A stretch of DNA of 64,000 nucleotides, from assembly GCA_034926785.1 (NCBI GenBank), contig JAYFQU010000027.1, forward strand, positions 11,400-75,399. The letters are read 5' to 3'. Position numbers and translations under genes: made by a program. Positions 54,956 through 64,000 of the stretch are shown in pieces. Every line of letters starts with the position of its first letter. The first letter of the stretch is position 1. This stretch comes from Christensenella sp. GTDB lineage: Bacteria; Bacillota; Clostridia; Christensenellales; CAG-138. The notes under the pieces are model-generated. The model had not been told where the DNA came from, made no database searches, and was given only the letters and a program-made list of their open reading frames with translations.

Positions 54956-56560
54956 TCATTTCTTGGAATTCTTCAGCGAGGCCGCGACAAATCCCTTAAA
55001 CAGCGGATGCGCGCGGTTTGGACGGCTCTTGAATTCCGGATGGAACTGAACGCCGATATAGAACGGGTGGTCCTTGAGTTCGACCGTTTCTATGATGCGA
55101 TCGTCCGGCGAGGTTCCGGAGAGCACCAGCCCGGCGGAAGACAGGCGGTCGCGATAATCGTTATTGAACTCGTAGCGATGGCGATGGCGCTCATGAATCA
55201 TCGGCTGTTGATAGCACTTCTCCAGCAAGGATCCCGCCATCACCTTGCAGGGATAGCTTCCAAGGCGCATGGTGCCGCCTTTGTTGATCGTCGCATACTG
55301 ATCCGGCATAAAATCGATGACCTTGTGCGGACTGTTTTCGTCGAACTCGCCTGAATTTGCGCCGAAAAGCCCGGCAACGTTGCGGGCGAACTCGATGACC
55401 GCAATCTGCATACCGAGGCAAAGACCAAGATAGGGGATTTTGTTCTCACGCGCGTATTTCGCTGTTTGAATCATGCCTTCGACGCCGCGTACGCCAAAGC
55501 CGCCCGGCAGGACGATGCCATCCAGCCCCGCAAGTTTTTCGGCAACGTTTTTCGCATCGATCGCTTCGGAGTCGATCCACTCGATCTCCACCACGGCGCT
55601 GTTTTCATAGCCCGCATGGCGCATCGCCTCCGCGACAGAGAGATAGGCATCATGGAGCTTAACATATTTGCCGACCAGTCCGATCCTGACACGCTCCCTG
55701 CTGTCCCGTACGCGGTCAAGCATCTGATTCCACTCGGTCAGGTTTGGCTGCGGTAGATCCAACTGCAACTCACGGCAGACAACTTCGGAAAAGTTGCTCT
55801 TTTCGAGCATGATCGGCGCCTCGTAGAGCGTCTCCACCGTGAGGTTCTCTATGACGCAATCGGGCTTGACATTGCAGAATAAAGCGATCTTGCGCTTGAG
55901 GTTGTCGTCCACAGGACGATCCACGCGCATGACGATGACATTCGGCGTAATGCCGGAGGATTGCAGCTCTTTGACGGAGTGTTGCGTGGGCTTGGATTTA
56001 TGCTCGTCCGACCCGGAGAGATACGGCACCAGTGTGACATGGATGTAGAGGCAGTTGCTTGGCCCAACCTCATGGCCAACCTGACGGATCGCCTCCAAAA
56101 ACGGCTGACTCTCAATGTCGCCAATCGTGCCGCCGATCTCGGTGATGACCACATCCGCATGTGTCGTGTCCGCAACGCTGTAGATGAAGCGCTTGATCTC
56201 GTTGGTCACGTGCGGAATCACCTGTACGGTTTCGCCCAGATAAGCGCCCGCGCGTTCGTTGGTTAGAATGTTCCAATAAACCTTGCCGGTGGTCAGGTTG
56301 GAAAATCGATTCAGATCTTCGTCGATAAAGCGCTCATAGTGCCCCAAATCCAGGTCGGTCTCGGCGCCGTCTTCGGTAACGAACACCTCGCCGTGCTGAA
56401 ACGGGCTCATCGTTCCCGGATCAACGTTGATATACGGATCGAGCTTTTGCGCTGCCACCTTAAGCCCGCGCGCTTTTAACAGGCGCCCAAGCGAGGCCGC
56501 CGTTATGCCCTTGCCCAATCCTGAAACAACGCCGCCCGTCACAAAAATATACTTCGCCAT
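54956..56560 (-). CDS. pyrG: CTP synthase
   Basis: [17 protein letters not shown]-terminus and the glutaminase domain GLCLGMQ. 534 aa. Confidence 0.97.
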   Translation of the reverse strand: MAKYIFVTGGVVSGLGKGITAASLGRLLKARGLKVAAQKLDPYINVDPGTMSPFQHGEVFVTEDGAETDLDLGHYERFIDEDLNRFSNLTTGKVYWNILTNERAGAYLGETVQVIPHVTNEIKRFIYSVADTTHADVVITEIGGTIGDIESQPFLEAIRQVGHEVGPSNCLYIHVTLVPYLSGSDEHKSKPTQHSVKELQSSGITPNVIVMRVDRPVDDNLKRKIALFCNVKPDCVIENLTVETLYEAPIMLEKSNFSEVVCRELQLDLPQPNLTEWNQMLDRVRDSRERVRIGLVGKYVKLHDAYLSVAEAMRHAGYENSAVVEIEWIDSEAIDAKNVAEKLAGLDGIVLPGGFGVRGVEGMIQTAKYARENKIPYLGLCLGMQIAVIEFARNVAGLFGANSGEFDENSPHKVIDFMPDQYATINKGGTMRLGSYPCKVMAGSLLEKCYQQPMIHERHRHRYEFNNDYRDRLSSAGLVLSGTSPDDRIIETVELKDHPFYIGVQFHPEFKSRPNRAHPLFKGFVAASLKNSKK

Positions 56561-56675
56561 ACAATCTCCTCCGTGTCTCTTCCATTTCTGTTGATTTTTT
56601 TAAAAACAAAATCCAACCCGAATACGGGCTGATTTTAACAATACGATTTGGAATCCATGCAGAAAAACAATCGCC

Positions 56676-56709
56676 AAACACAAAAGTAACGCCCCGTTGA
56701 AGGGGCGTT
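56676..56709 (-). terminator. Rho-independent terminator after glmS
   Basis: Minus strand reads AACGCCCC-ttcaac-GGGGCGTT followed by ACTTTTGTGTTTGG. Confidence 0.8.
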
Positions 56710-56720
56710 AAGAATGGTGG

Positions 56721-58547
56721 CTATTCCACCGTTACGCTTTTTGCCAGATTGCGCGGCTGATCCACCGGGCAGCCTTTCTGAACCGCCAGATAGTAGGCAA
56801 GCAATTGCATGGGAACGATGGCGCAGAGCGGAGCGAGCGTGTCCTCCATTGCGTCAATCTCCCATTGCTCGTGGGAATGCCCCTTAGCCCCCTCCCAGGG
56901 ACCGTTGGTAACGGCAAGCACATGCGCCCCGCGCACGCGAACCTCTTCCATATTGCTCGCAACCTTCGCCTGCAGATCCGGCTGTGTGGCCAGCGCAACA
57001 ACGAGGGAGCCTTCTTCAATCAGAGCGATGGTACCGTGCTTGAGCTCACCCGCGGCATATGCCTCGGAGTGGATATAGGAGATCTCCTTGAGCTTCAGCG
57101 CCGCTTCCATAGCGAGCGCATAGTCAAGCCCGCGCCCAATGAAGAATACATGCTTCACCGCAAACGAGCGGCTCGCAAAAAACTGGATCTGTTCCTTATT
57201 ATCCAGTATCTTCTGCATGGAAGCAGGAATACGGCTCATCTCTTCGAGCCGCTGTTTCACCTGCGCGTGTGTCATCTGTCCGCGTTTTTCCGCGAGATCC
57301 AACGCGCAAAGATACATGACGATCATCTGCGTAAGATAGGATTTCGTAGCGGCAACGGCGATCTCCGGCCCGGCATAGGTATAGAGCACATGCCCCGCCT
57401 CGCGCGAGATCGTGCTGCCCGTCACGTTGCAAACCGCCGTGGTATCGCAACCGATTTCCTTCGCGCGCCGCAGAGCGGCGATGGTATCCGCCGTTTCACC
57501 GGATTGGCTGATAACCATGAACGCCTCGCCCGCATCGATGAGATGGTCACCATAGCGATATTCGCTGGCAATATCGACATCCACGCGCAGTTTTGCCATA
57601 TGTTCGGTAAACTTTTTGCCGAGCATCGCGGCGTGATACGCCGTACCGCAGCTGACGATGGTGAGTCGCTCCAGGCTCTTCGCCCGCGCTTCATCCCAGG
57701 GAAAGAGATCGGATTTGAGCGTAAAATCCTTATTGACATATTGATCAAACGTCTTTTTAAACGCGTCCGGTTCCTCGCAGATCTCCTTCATCATGAAGTG
57801 CTCATAATTGCCCTTCTTGGCGGATTCCACGTCCCAGTCAATATGCATCGGCGTCTTCTCGATAGACACGCCGAACTCGTCGTAAAACTGAATGCCCTCC
57901 TTGCGCAGAACGGCAATCTGTCGATCCTGCACAAAACAGACATCGCGCGTATACTCTAAAAGCGCCGGTATGTCGGACGCGACGATGCTCTCGTCCTTCC
58001 CGTGTCCGACCACCATCGGGCTGTCCTTGCAGGTGCAATAGATGGTAGAGGGATCATCTGCAAAGATGATCGATAACGCAAACGAACCTTCCAGCATGGC
58101 AACCGCCTGTGTCAGCGCCGAGAGCGGATTGCCGCGATAGAGATAGCCCAAAAGCTGGGCAACTACTTCCGTATCGGTCTGCGAAACAAACACGCAGCCG
58201 TTCTTCTCCAGCATCGCTTTGATATGCTGGTAGTTTTCAATGATGCCGTTGTGTACAATCGCGATGGTCTTTCTGGTATCCGTATGCGGATGCGCGTTGA
58301 CATCCGAAGGTTCGCCGTGTGTTGCCCAGCGGGTGTGTCCAATGCCGGTTTTGCCGCTCACGGGGGACTCTTCGAGCAGATTTTTCAGGTTTTCGATTTT
58401 GCCCTTTGCCTTGCGGAGGGTTAGGTCGCTGCCTTCCCAGACCGCGACGCCTGCCGAATCATAACCGCGGTAGGCAAGCGCTGTCAGGCCATTCATGAGT
58501 ACGGGTACGCAATTCTTGTTGCCGGTGTATCCAACAATACCACACAT
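56721..58547 (-). CDS. glmS: Glutamine--fructose-6-phosphate aminotransferase
   Basis: Start trimmed to MCGIVGY (ATG 58547), the obligatory N-terminal Cys after Met. Two SIS domains and the C-terminal ...LAKSVTVE. Confidence 0.97.
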   Translation of the reverse strand: MCGIVGYTGNKNCVPVLMNGLTALAYRGYDSAGVAVWEGSDLTLRKAKGKIENLKNLLEESPVSGKTGIGHTRWATHGEPSDVNAHPHTDTRKTIAIVHNGIIENYQHIKAMLEKNGCVFVSQTDTEVVAQLLGYLYRGNPLSALTQAVAMLEGSFALSIIFADDPSTIYCTCKDSPMVVGHGKDESIVASDIPALLEYTRDVCFVQDRQIAVLRKEGIQFYDEFGVSIEKTPMHIDWDVESAKKGNYEHFMMKEICEEPDAFKKTFDQYVNKDFTLKSDLFPWDEARAKSLERLTIVSCGTAYHAAMLGKKFTEHMAKLRVDVDIASEYRYGDHLIDAGEAFMVISQSGETADTIAALRRAKEIGCDTTAVCNVTGSTISREAGHVLYTYAGPEIAVAATKSYLTQMIVMYLCALDLAEKRGQMTHAQVKQRLEEMSRIPASMQKILDNKEQIQFFASRSFAVKHVFFIGRGLDYALAMEAALKLKEISYIHSEAYAAGELKHGTIALIEEGSLVVALATQPDLQAKVASNMEEVRVRGAHVLAVTNGPWEGAKGHSHEQWEIDAMEDTLAPLCAIVPMQLLAYYLAVQKGCPVDQPRNLAKSVTVE

Positions 58548-58637
58548 GTGACAGGAATTCCCCCTTTGCCAAAAATGAAGAGTCCGATAATAAGCCGCCA
58601 ACCGCCCACCCATTATCGGACGCAAAATCCTTTGGCT

Positions 58638-58667
58638 ATTATACAAAACCGAATTGGTCTGCGTCAA
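58638..58667 (-). promoter_or_regulatory. Promoter of glmS
   Basis: Minus strand reads TTGACG (58662-58667), 18 nt, TATAAT (58638-58643), leaving a ~90-nt leader. Confidence 0.7.
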
Positions 58668-58758
58668 GCAATTTTTATACGGGACGGACACAACTTCTTG
58701 CGCCGCCCCGTATTGTCAGATACATAATATGCCATCGCCATGAAGGCGGTTTAAGCGC

Positions 58759-59994
58759 CTATTTCTTCTGAAAAAAACGCTCGCCATAGCCATAGTGCTC
58801 AAAGACATAATCGATGTCCTTGTCGCCTCTGCCGGAGAGATTCACAAGGATTGAGCCGCGGCTGTTCTCCCTGGCAAAGCGCATGGCGTAAGCCAGCGCA
58901 TGCGAGCTTTCGATGGCCGGGATGATGCCCTCATAGCGGCTGAGGTAGAAGAACGCTTCCATGGCCTCCTCGTCCGTTACGCTGGTATACTTCACGCGGC
59001 CGACGTCATGCATAAACGCATGCTCGGGTCCGACGGCCGGGTAATCCAGACCGCTGGCAATGCTGTAGACCGGCAGCGGCTCGCCCGCTTCATCCTGCAG
59101 CAAAAGGCTCTCAAAGCCGTGCAATACGCCTTTTTTGCCGAAGGTAATGGAGGCCGCGTTGTCGCCGATGTTGGAGCCGCGCCCCATTGGTTCTACGCCG
59201 ACAATCTCGACCGGCTCTTCATAGAAGGTTGTGAACATGCCCGCGGCATTGGATCCGCCGCCAACGCAAGCGGTTACGACATCCGGCAGGAGGCCGGTCA
59301 TTTCAACGAACTGTTCCTTTGCTTCGATGCCGACCACCATCTGAAAATCACGCACCATCTTCGGGAAGGGATGCGGACCGACAACGGAACCGATGCAGTA
59401 AATCGCATCCTCATACTCACCCAGATATGCCATAAAGGCCGCGTCAACCGCCTCCTTAAGGGTCTTGAGGCCATGCGAAACGGGGATCACACGCGCGCCG
59501 AGCATCTTCATGCGGGTTACGTTGGGCGCCTGCTTTGCGATGTCTACCTCACCCATATAGATGTCGCACTCCAAGCCGAAATAGGCTGCGGCCGTTGCGA
59601 GCGCAACGCCGTGCTGACCGGCGCCGGTCTCTGCGATCAGCTTCTTCTTCCCAAGGAATTTGGCGAGCAGCCCTTCCCCCATGCAGTGGTTAATCTTGTG
59701 CGCGCCAGTGTGGTTGAGATCTTCCCGCTTGAGGTAGATCTGCGTCTTGCCGAGCAGCCGGCTCAGGCGTTCCGCGTGGTAAACCGGCGTTGGGCGTCCC
59801 TGAAACTCCTTGCGGATTCTGCGCAGTTCGCTGATGAATTGCGCGCTGTGGCAGATGGTCTCATAGGCATCGTCAATCTCCTTGAACACGGGCACGAGCT
59901 GCGGCGGCAGGAACGCGCCGCCATATTCGCCAAAGCGGCCGTTTTCGTCGGGGTAGAGCTTGACATAGTTGGTAAAGTCTTTGTAGGTCATCAT
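58759..59994 (-). CDS. trpB: Tryptophan synthase beta subunit (stand-alone)
   Basis: [15 protein letters not shown], the PLP-lysine motif [11 protein letters not shown], and GGGSNAAG. Start trimmed to ATG 59994/59991; the upstream ORF extension is the T-box leader. Confidence 0.93.
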   Translation of the reverse strand: MMTYKDFTNYVKLYPDENGRFGEYGGAFLPPQLVPVFKEIDDAYETICHSAQFISELRRIRKEFQGRPTPVYHAERLSRLLGKTQIYLKREDLNHTGAHKINHCMGEGLLAKFLGKKKLIAETGAGQHGVALATAAAYFGLECDIYMGEVDIAKQAPNVTRMKMLGARVIPVSHGLKTLKEAVDAAFMAYLGEYEDAIYCIGSVVGPHPFPKMVRDFQMVVGIEAKEQFVEMTGLLPDVVTACVGGGSNAAGMFTTFYEEPVEIVGVEPMGRGSNIGDNAASITFGKKGVLHGFESLLLQDEAGEPLPVYSIASGLDYPAVGPEHAFMHDVGRVKYTSVTDEEAMEAFFYLSRYEGIIPAIESSHALAYAMRFARENSRGSILVNLSGRGDKDIDYVFEHYGYGERFFQKK

Positions 59995-60059
59995 ATTGTT
60001 TTTCCTTGCCCGCCGTTGGCCGCGGACGTTGTTCCTTTCGTAATTTTCATTTTTAAATT

Positions 60060-60335
60060 TTGTGGCAAATAAAAACGCCCTCGTCTCGACGCTTACGCCG
60101 AAACAAGGACGATGCTCTCGCGGTGCCACCTTGTTTCCCGAATAGAATTCGGGCTCTTTACGGAAATGCCAACACATCTCCCGCGATATAACGGTCACGA
60201 CCCGTCGCAGGATACTTTTGTTTCCCCTGCGCGCTCGGCGGTCCATTTGAACGATCGTTTCCTGCAGGGCTTGCACCATTACCCCGCTCTCTGAGAGGTC
60301 GTATTCGTCCGTTATCTCCGCTTCACAGCTTATGA
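60060..60335 (-). promoter_or_regulatory. T-box leader, tryptophan specifier (UGG)
   Basis: Minus strand shows the Stem I AG box AGAGAG, the distal GGTGCAAG, and specifier AAA-TGG-A directly 5' of the closing helix CCGC. T-box sequence AAACAAGGTGGCACCGCGAG lies at 60117-60136. The terminator (60067-60111) is CGTCCTTGTTTCG...CGAGACGAGGGCG plus TTTTTATTT. Confidence 0.88.
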
Positions 60336-60339
60336 AGGG

Positions 60340-60368
60340 ATTATACCCAAGAGCAGCGCAGGCGTCAA
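60340..60368 (-). promoter_or_regulatory. Promoter of the T-box/trpB unit
   Basis: Minus strand reads TTGACG (60363-60368), 17 nt, TATAAT (60340-60345). Confidence 0.75.
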
Positions 60369-60532
60369 GCATGAATTTATGTTTTTTTATCTTTTTCCCA
60401 AATGAGAAAATATCACGGTTCGGTTGAACTAAAGTGTGTTATGTGCGATAATACACTTATGTTACTGATCGATATCAATAAAACGAATCGCAAGATCAAT
60501 GTCGTTTATTGTTCGCACGAAAGGAAAGGCAC

Positions 60533-60940
60533 ATGAAGAAACCGCTGTTGATTGGACTGCTGATCGCCATGTGCGTTTTGCTATTCGGTTGCAAAAAAAA
60601 GCCGGAAGGGTTATTCGTCGATACGCTTCCCTGTGATCAGGCCGGCGGATATACCTGGGTCGCGCGCGCCAGCGCCGGGGATACCGGGCAAGTTTACATC
60701 GAACAAGCCTATCGCAATGACGAAACCTATGAACTGATGGGCGCAAGCGGCGTTATGGAAAACCAGTTCGCCGGTGTCGTCCCCGGCATTGCAACCGTGC
60801 GCCTCTATTACGTCCACGAGTCGGACTGGGACGGAATCAACAGCGGCGCGGATGGCACGGCCTATTATGAATTTCTTGTATATGACGATTTAACGATCAG
60901 CCTGCTGTATTCCGAAGTGGAACTGCCGGATACCTTTTAG
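60533..60940 (+). CDS. Lipoprotein, possibly chagasin-like (I42) protease-inhibitor fold
   Basis: Signal peptide plus lipobox MKKPLLIGLLIAMCVLLFGC. The GGYTWV and GASGV..F..VVPG segments recall I42 motifs, but this is a weak call. ATG 60533 lies behind AGGAAAGG. Confidence 0.5.
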   Translation: MKKPLLIGLLIAMCVLLFGCKKKPEGLFVDTLPCDQAGGYTWVARASAGDTGQVYIEQAYRNDETYELMGASGVMENQFAGVVPGIATVRLYYVHESDWDGINSGADGTAYYEFLVYDDLTISLLYSEVELPDTF

Positions 60941-60955
60941 TTTCGATTGAATCCC

Positions 60956-60992
60956 AAAAGGCCGATCGTTCATTTCCGATCAGCCTTTTTTG
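60956..60992. terminator. Bidirectional terminator
   Basis: AAAAGGCCGATC-gttcatttcc-GATCAGCCTTTTTTG. Confidence 0.75.
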
Positions 60993-61014
60993 TTCGCTTT
61001 TTCGTCGTTCCGCG

Positions 61015-62223
61015 CTATTCGCCCGTGCGAATGGAGCGGAAAAACTCGTCTATTTCACTCGCCCAGTCGCCCTTGACGATCATATGATGATTGCTGATCG
61101 GTCCGCGTGCGAAATACTCCACACCGTCAAGCATCTTCAGGCGCATCTGCGTGCGGCAGAGATCGGCGCGATTTGGGCATTCCAGCAACTCCGCGCGTCC
61201 GGCATAGTGCCGCGAGAGGTCGTCATTGCATTTAAACACCGTTACCTTGCCTAGCGCAATCTCTCCCGCAACAGCAACGCCGATGCCGGACTCAAAATGC
61301 GTCGTCAGGCGATAGCGATCCGGCATATCGATCGGGAGCGTGCAATGCGCAAAGATGATTTCGCTCGTCTCCGCATCCATACAGCTCGGATTGGCCATGA
61401 ATGACGACTGTCCCGTGATCGCGTTGAGGATCACCATACTCGCGAGGCTCTTCGTGTCCCCTTCACAGGCGGCTGGGATACCCTCCGCATTCAGGATGGC
61501 CAGCGCAAGGCACCCCGTCGTATGAATCAGGCCCAGCAGTTCAAAGCAGCGCACCGTGACCGCCTGAAGATTGTAACGCTCCATGACGCGGCAGGTCGCG
61601 CCGTAAACATTCAGCGCCTTCTCAATCTCCTCCGCGGCATAACCCTGTGACTTGAGCTCCCGCGTTAGATCATTTTCAACATACCCGCCCTTATAATATT
61701 CCTGAACCAGCTCGTCCAGCGCGATATCAACAATCTCCATGCCGCTTGCGGCCTTGAGTTTAGCGCTGTCCGCCTCGCTCGCAATCAGGCCGGATGGCTT
61801 GCCGATGGCGCCGAGGCGCATGCCGGAGATTTTTTTCTTCGCGTTTGCCACGCGAAGGAGCACACTGAGCCGTTTTGCGATGGTCTCCACGCTTCCGTGG
61901 AGAATCTCGCCCGGTTCCCCCTGCTCGTCTAAATAGCCCATGATCTCCATTGCCGCGGCAAGGGAGTTATAGGCGGGCGTAGTGAGCAGGATATACGGCG
62001 GTTTCGCAGCATGATAGGAGGACATGAAGCCCATCTCTGCCCCGCCGGATGCGATGAAGAATATCGGGAGCGCCTGGGCGGCGACCTCCTCCAGCGTTCC
62101 GTTTTCCACGCGGATGCCGAGCGTACCGCTCAATTCCTTCAGAAAGTCGTCGCTGTAATGCGGAATGTTTGCGTCGTTACAGTCCACAGGGCCCATCAGG
62201 AAGTATACCTTCAGTGTTTCCAT
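61015..62223 (-). CDS. L-fucose/L-arabinose isomerase-like family protein (putative sugar isomerase)
   Basis: 402 aa. GIPAACEGD and NHHMIVKGD resemble the metal/active-site segments of the fucose/arabinose isomerase superfamily. Assignment is from memory only. Confidence 0.5.
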   Translation of the reverse strand: METLKVYFLMGPVDCNDANIPHYSDDFLKELSGTLGIRVENGTLEEVAAQALPIFFIASGGAEMGFMSSYHAAKPPYILLTTPAYNSLAAAMEIMGYLDEQGEPGEILHGSVETIAKRLSVLLRVANAKKKISGMRLGAIGKPSGLIASEADSAKLKAASGMEIVDIALDELVQEYYKGGYVENDLTRELKSQGYAAEEIEKALNVYGATCRVMERYNLQAVTVRCFELLGLIHTTGCLALAILNAEGIPAACEGDTKSLASMVILNAITGQSSFMANPSCMDAETSEIIFAHCTLPIDMPDRYRLTTHFESGIGVAVAGEIALGKVTVFKCNDDLSRHYAGRAELLECPNRADLCRTQMRLKMLDGVEYFARGPISNHHMIVKGDWASEIDEFFRSIRTGE

Positions 62224-62261
62224 CGTTCGCTCCCCTCTCTCTCATTGGTTTCCTATGCTCT

Positions 62262-63005
62262 TTAGCGTGCGGCGTCCGCTTTGATGAGCGCACGCAGGGC
62301 GTCAATTGCGATGGTGATCGTCTGCTCCATGCTCTGGAAGGACATCACCGCGCCCGCGCGGCATTTTCGGATGGATGAAATCACAAATAGTGCTGCGGTT
62401 TCCATTTCAGAAGCCATCACATTGCCGCCGCGCCACGCCTGCCAGCGCTCCTTGAGATGCGGTCCATTCGGAAGCCCGTCCGGATCGATCTGACCGTAGA
62501 ACGAATCCTTGCACTGGACAATTCCTTCTTTATAGTAATATCCGCGCGCAGCAGCCGCGTCGGCCAGCGCGCCAACGATGTGCCTGTTTGCAATCGCCGG
62601 GTATTCAATTGGAATATAATGCAGCGTTGTTCCCTCGTCCCGTACGGAACCGGTGACGATAACGCCCTGCAGTTCTTCATCCATCGACTCGTCGCAAACG
62701 CGCCCCGCCGTGCCGATTCGGATAAACGTGTCCGCGCCGCAATGGATCAGCTCTTCAAGCGCGATTGCCGTCGAGGGGCAGCCCATACCCGTCGAGGTCA
62801 CCGAAACGGGGACACCGTCCAGCGTGCCGGTCCAGGTCTTATGTTCGCGATTGTGCGCAACCAATACGGGATGATCAAACCGCTGTGCGATGAGATCCGT
62901 GCGGAACGGATCACCGGGCAGCAGCACATAACGGCCAACGTCGCCCTTTGTACAGCAAATATGGTAATGCTGGCCTTTTTCGTTTAAGCTATCCGCGCAA
63001 TTCAT
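62262..63005 (-). CDS. Nucleoside phosphorylase (PNP_UDP_1 family, uridine/purine nucleoside phosphorylase-like)
   Basis: VLLPGDPFRTDLIA...VTSTGMGCPSTAIALEELI...IRIGTAG...MASEMETAALF are the family motifs. Confidence 0.88.
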   Translation of the reverse strand: MNCADSLNEKGQHYHICCTKGDVGRYVLLPGDPFRTDLIAQRFDHPVLVAHNREHKTWTGTLDGVPVSVTSTGMGCPSTAIALEELIHCGADTFIRIGTAGRVCDESMDEELQGVIVTGSVRDEGTTLHYIPIEYPAIANRHIVGALADAAAARGYYYKEGIVQCKDSFYGQIDPDGLPNGPHLKERWQAWRGGNVMASEMETAALFVISSIRKCRAGAVMSFQSMEQTITIAIDALRALIKADAAR

Positions 63006-63832
63006 TGTTGTTCTCCTTTGATCGATTGATATGCTTCGGTAATCAATGTTACCGCTTCGTCCATTTGCGTCACGCTGCTGGAGAGTCCAAGCGAATGGCA
63101 GATGCGGCTCACATACGGCTGCTTCAGCATCGCCTCATCCAGAACGGGCAGATTCCAGAAGACCTCTTTCGGCGTACCATCCATGATGACCTTTTTATTG
63201 GACATGACGATGACGCGCGAAAAGTTATCCGCAACAAACACCATGTCGTGCGAAATCGTAATAAGCGTCTTTCCTTTCCCGCTAAGCTCACGCAGAATTC
63301 GTGAAAGACGGCGGTTTCCGTCATAATCCTGTCCCGCGGTTGGCTCGTCGAAAATCATCACGTCGCAGTCCATCGCAATAATAGCGGCGATCGTGACGAA
63401 TTTTCGCACCGAAAGCGGCAGATTGTACGGGTTTTCCTCGCGGAACCGCTTCATCCCCGTGATCTTCAGCGCGTAGTCAACCAGTTCCTTGACCTTTTCT
63501 TCCGGTAGCTTCATCATCCGCGGCCCAAACTCCACCTCGGCCAAGACTGTTGAATGGAAGATTTGATCGTCCGGGTTCTGGAAAACATACCCAACCGTTC
63601 TGGAAACCTGCGCGGTGGTCTGTCCCTTTGTGCTTTTGCCGTTGATGACGACGTCGCCCCCCGTCGGGTAATGCAGCGCATTGAAGAGCTTAACCGTCGT
63701 GGTCTTACCGGCGCCGTTCTGACCAACGATTGCGACATTTTCGCCCTTTTCGATTGACATAGATACGCCATCCACAGCGAGATGACCATCCGGATAGGCA
63801 AAACTTACGTCTTTGAGCTCAATGTATCCCAT
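63002..63832 (-). CDS. ECF-type (CbiO/EcfA-like) ABC transporter ATP-binding protein
   Basis: Walker A GQNGAGKTT, FQNPDDQ Q-loop typical of EcfA, Walker B MIFDEPTAGQD. Confidence 0.9.
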   Translation of the reverse strand: MGYIELKDVSFAYPDGHLAVDGVSMSIEKGENVAIVGQNGAGKTTTVKLFNALHYPTGGDVVINGKSTKGQTTAQVSRTVGYVFQNPDDQIFHSTVLAEVEFGPRMMKLPEEKVKELVDYALKITGMKRFREENPYNLPLSVRKFVTIAAIIAMDCDVMIFDEPTAGQDYDGNRRLSRILRELSGKGKTLITISHDMVFVADNFSRVIVMSNKKVIMDGTPKEVFWNLPVLDEAMLKQPYVSRICHSLGLSSSVTQMDEAVTLITEAYQSIKGEQQ

Positions 63833-63835
63833 CCG

Positions 63836-64000
63836 TCATCTGCCCCCTTTCCGAACCGCTTTGCCAATCACCTCAATCGCCTGTGCCTCCGTAATCGGGA
63901 TATAGTCCAGCGGTACGCCTTGCTTGGCGAGCTTATCGCCAAGAATCGCAAACTGCGGCAGTTGCACGCCCAGTTCTTCCAGCGAAAGATCGGATAGAAT
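63836..64000 (-). CDS. C-terminal 54 aa of a second ECF-type ATPase (gene starts beyond window end)
   Basis: Minus-strand translation from 64000 reads ILSDLSLEELGVQLPQFAILGDKLAKQGVPLDYIPITEAQAIEVIGKAVRKGGR*, the typical EcfA C-terminal helical extension. The stop lies 3 nt before the next ATG. Confidence 0.65.
   Translation of the reverse strand: MLSDLSLEELGVQLPQFAILGDKLAKQGVPLDYIPITEAQAIEVIGKAVRKGGR

Noticed and set aside
56600-56640. pyrG leader attenuator hairpin (AGCCCG-tatt-CGGGTT plus GGATTTTGTTTTT)
   Set aside because: It is plausible by analogy with the Bacillus pyrG attenuation mechanism. However, the stem is short (6 bp including a wobble pair) and I cannot place the transcription start, so it is not reported as a feature.
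56805-57959. 384-aa plus-strand ORF, with a 390-aa ORF at 58900-60072
   Set aside because: They are antisense to glmS and trpB respectively and are the same high-GC artefact.
58548-58760. glmS ribozyme
   Set aside because: I looked for it because it is expected in Firmicutes. The leader is too short (~90 nt) and lacks the conserved core segments.
1-64000. CRISPR arrays, rRNA genes, transposases/integrases, prophage or canonical defence operons
   Set aside because: I scanned the ORF products and intergenic regions. There are no regularly spaced direct repeats, no rRNA-like segments, and no DDE, serine or tyrosine recombinase or phage structural signatures.

Overview
High-GC (~57%) chromosomal segment, probably from a Clostridia (Oscillospiraceae/Ruminococcaceae-like) genome. 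It is gene-dense and mostly transcribed on the minus strand. Most of the window is ordinary core genome: xseA(partial)-M22 paralog-nusB-DUF2273-amaP-asp23; a textbook hrcA-grpE-dnaK-dnaJ operon with a perfect CIRCE operator; hemW-lepA; cysK; prfC; tRNA-Ala(CGC) and tRNA-Arg(ACG); nfo; pyrG; glmS; and an orphan trpB behind a Trp (UGG) T-box leader. Accessory content includes an orphan beta-class DNA methyltransferase, a GtrA/FAD-oxidoreductase/GT39-like cell-envelope glycosylation module, and three glycosyltransferase genes with a low-GC mosaic patch. It also includes a glycyl-radical enzyme locus (GRE + activase + split-barrel flavoprotein-like gene, then Spo0A_C, Fe-ADH and ThiF-like genes), a GGGtGRT/NifU-like pair, a Cys/His-rich DUF5320/DUF134 pair, a LytTR + DUF3021 regulatory pair and a lone HNH nuclease. 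I saw no rRNA, CRISPR array, transposase, integrase or recognisable defence operon. The most unusual signal lies in the intergenic DNA rather than in any protein system. Two families of short, hairpin-rich repeats with terminal inverted repeats occur here: family X has two ~170-bp copies at ~96% identity, and family Y has two ~190-bp copies plus one 80-bp partial. In three cases the element lies between two direct copies (17, 23 and 24 bp) of the rho-independent terminator hairpin of the upstream gene. All coordinates and motifs were read by eye from the sequence and ORF track. Family assignments come from remembered motifs, not database searches.
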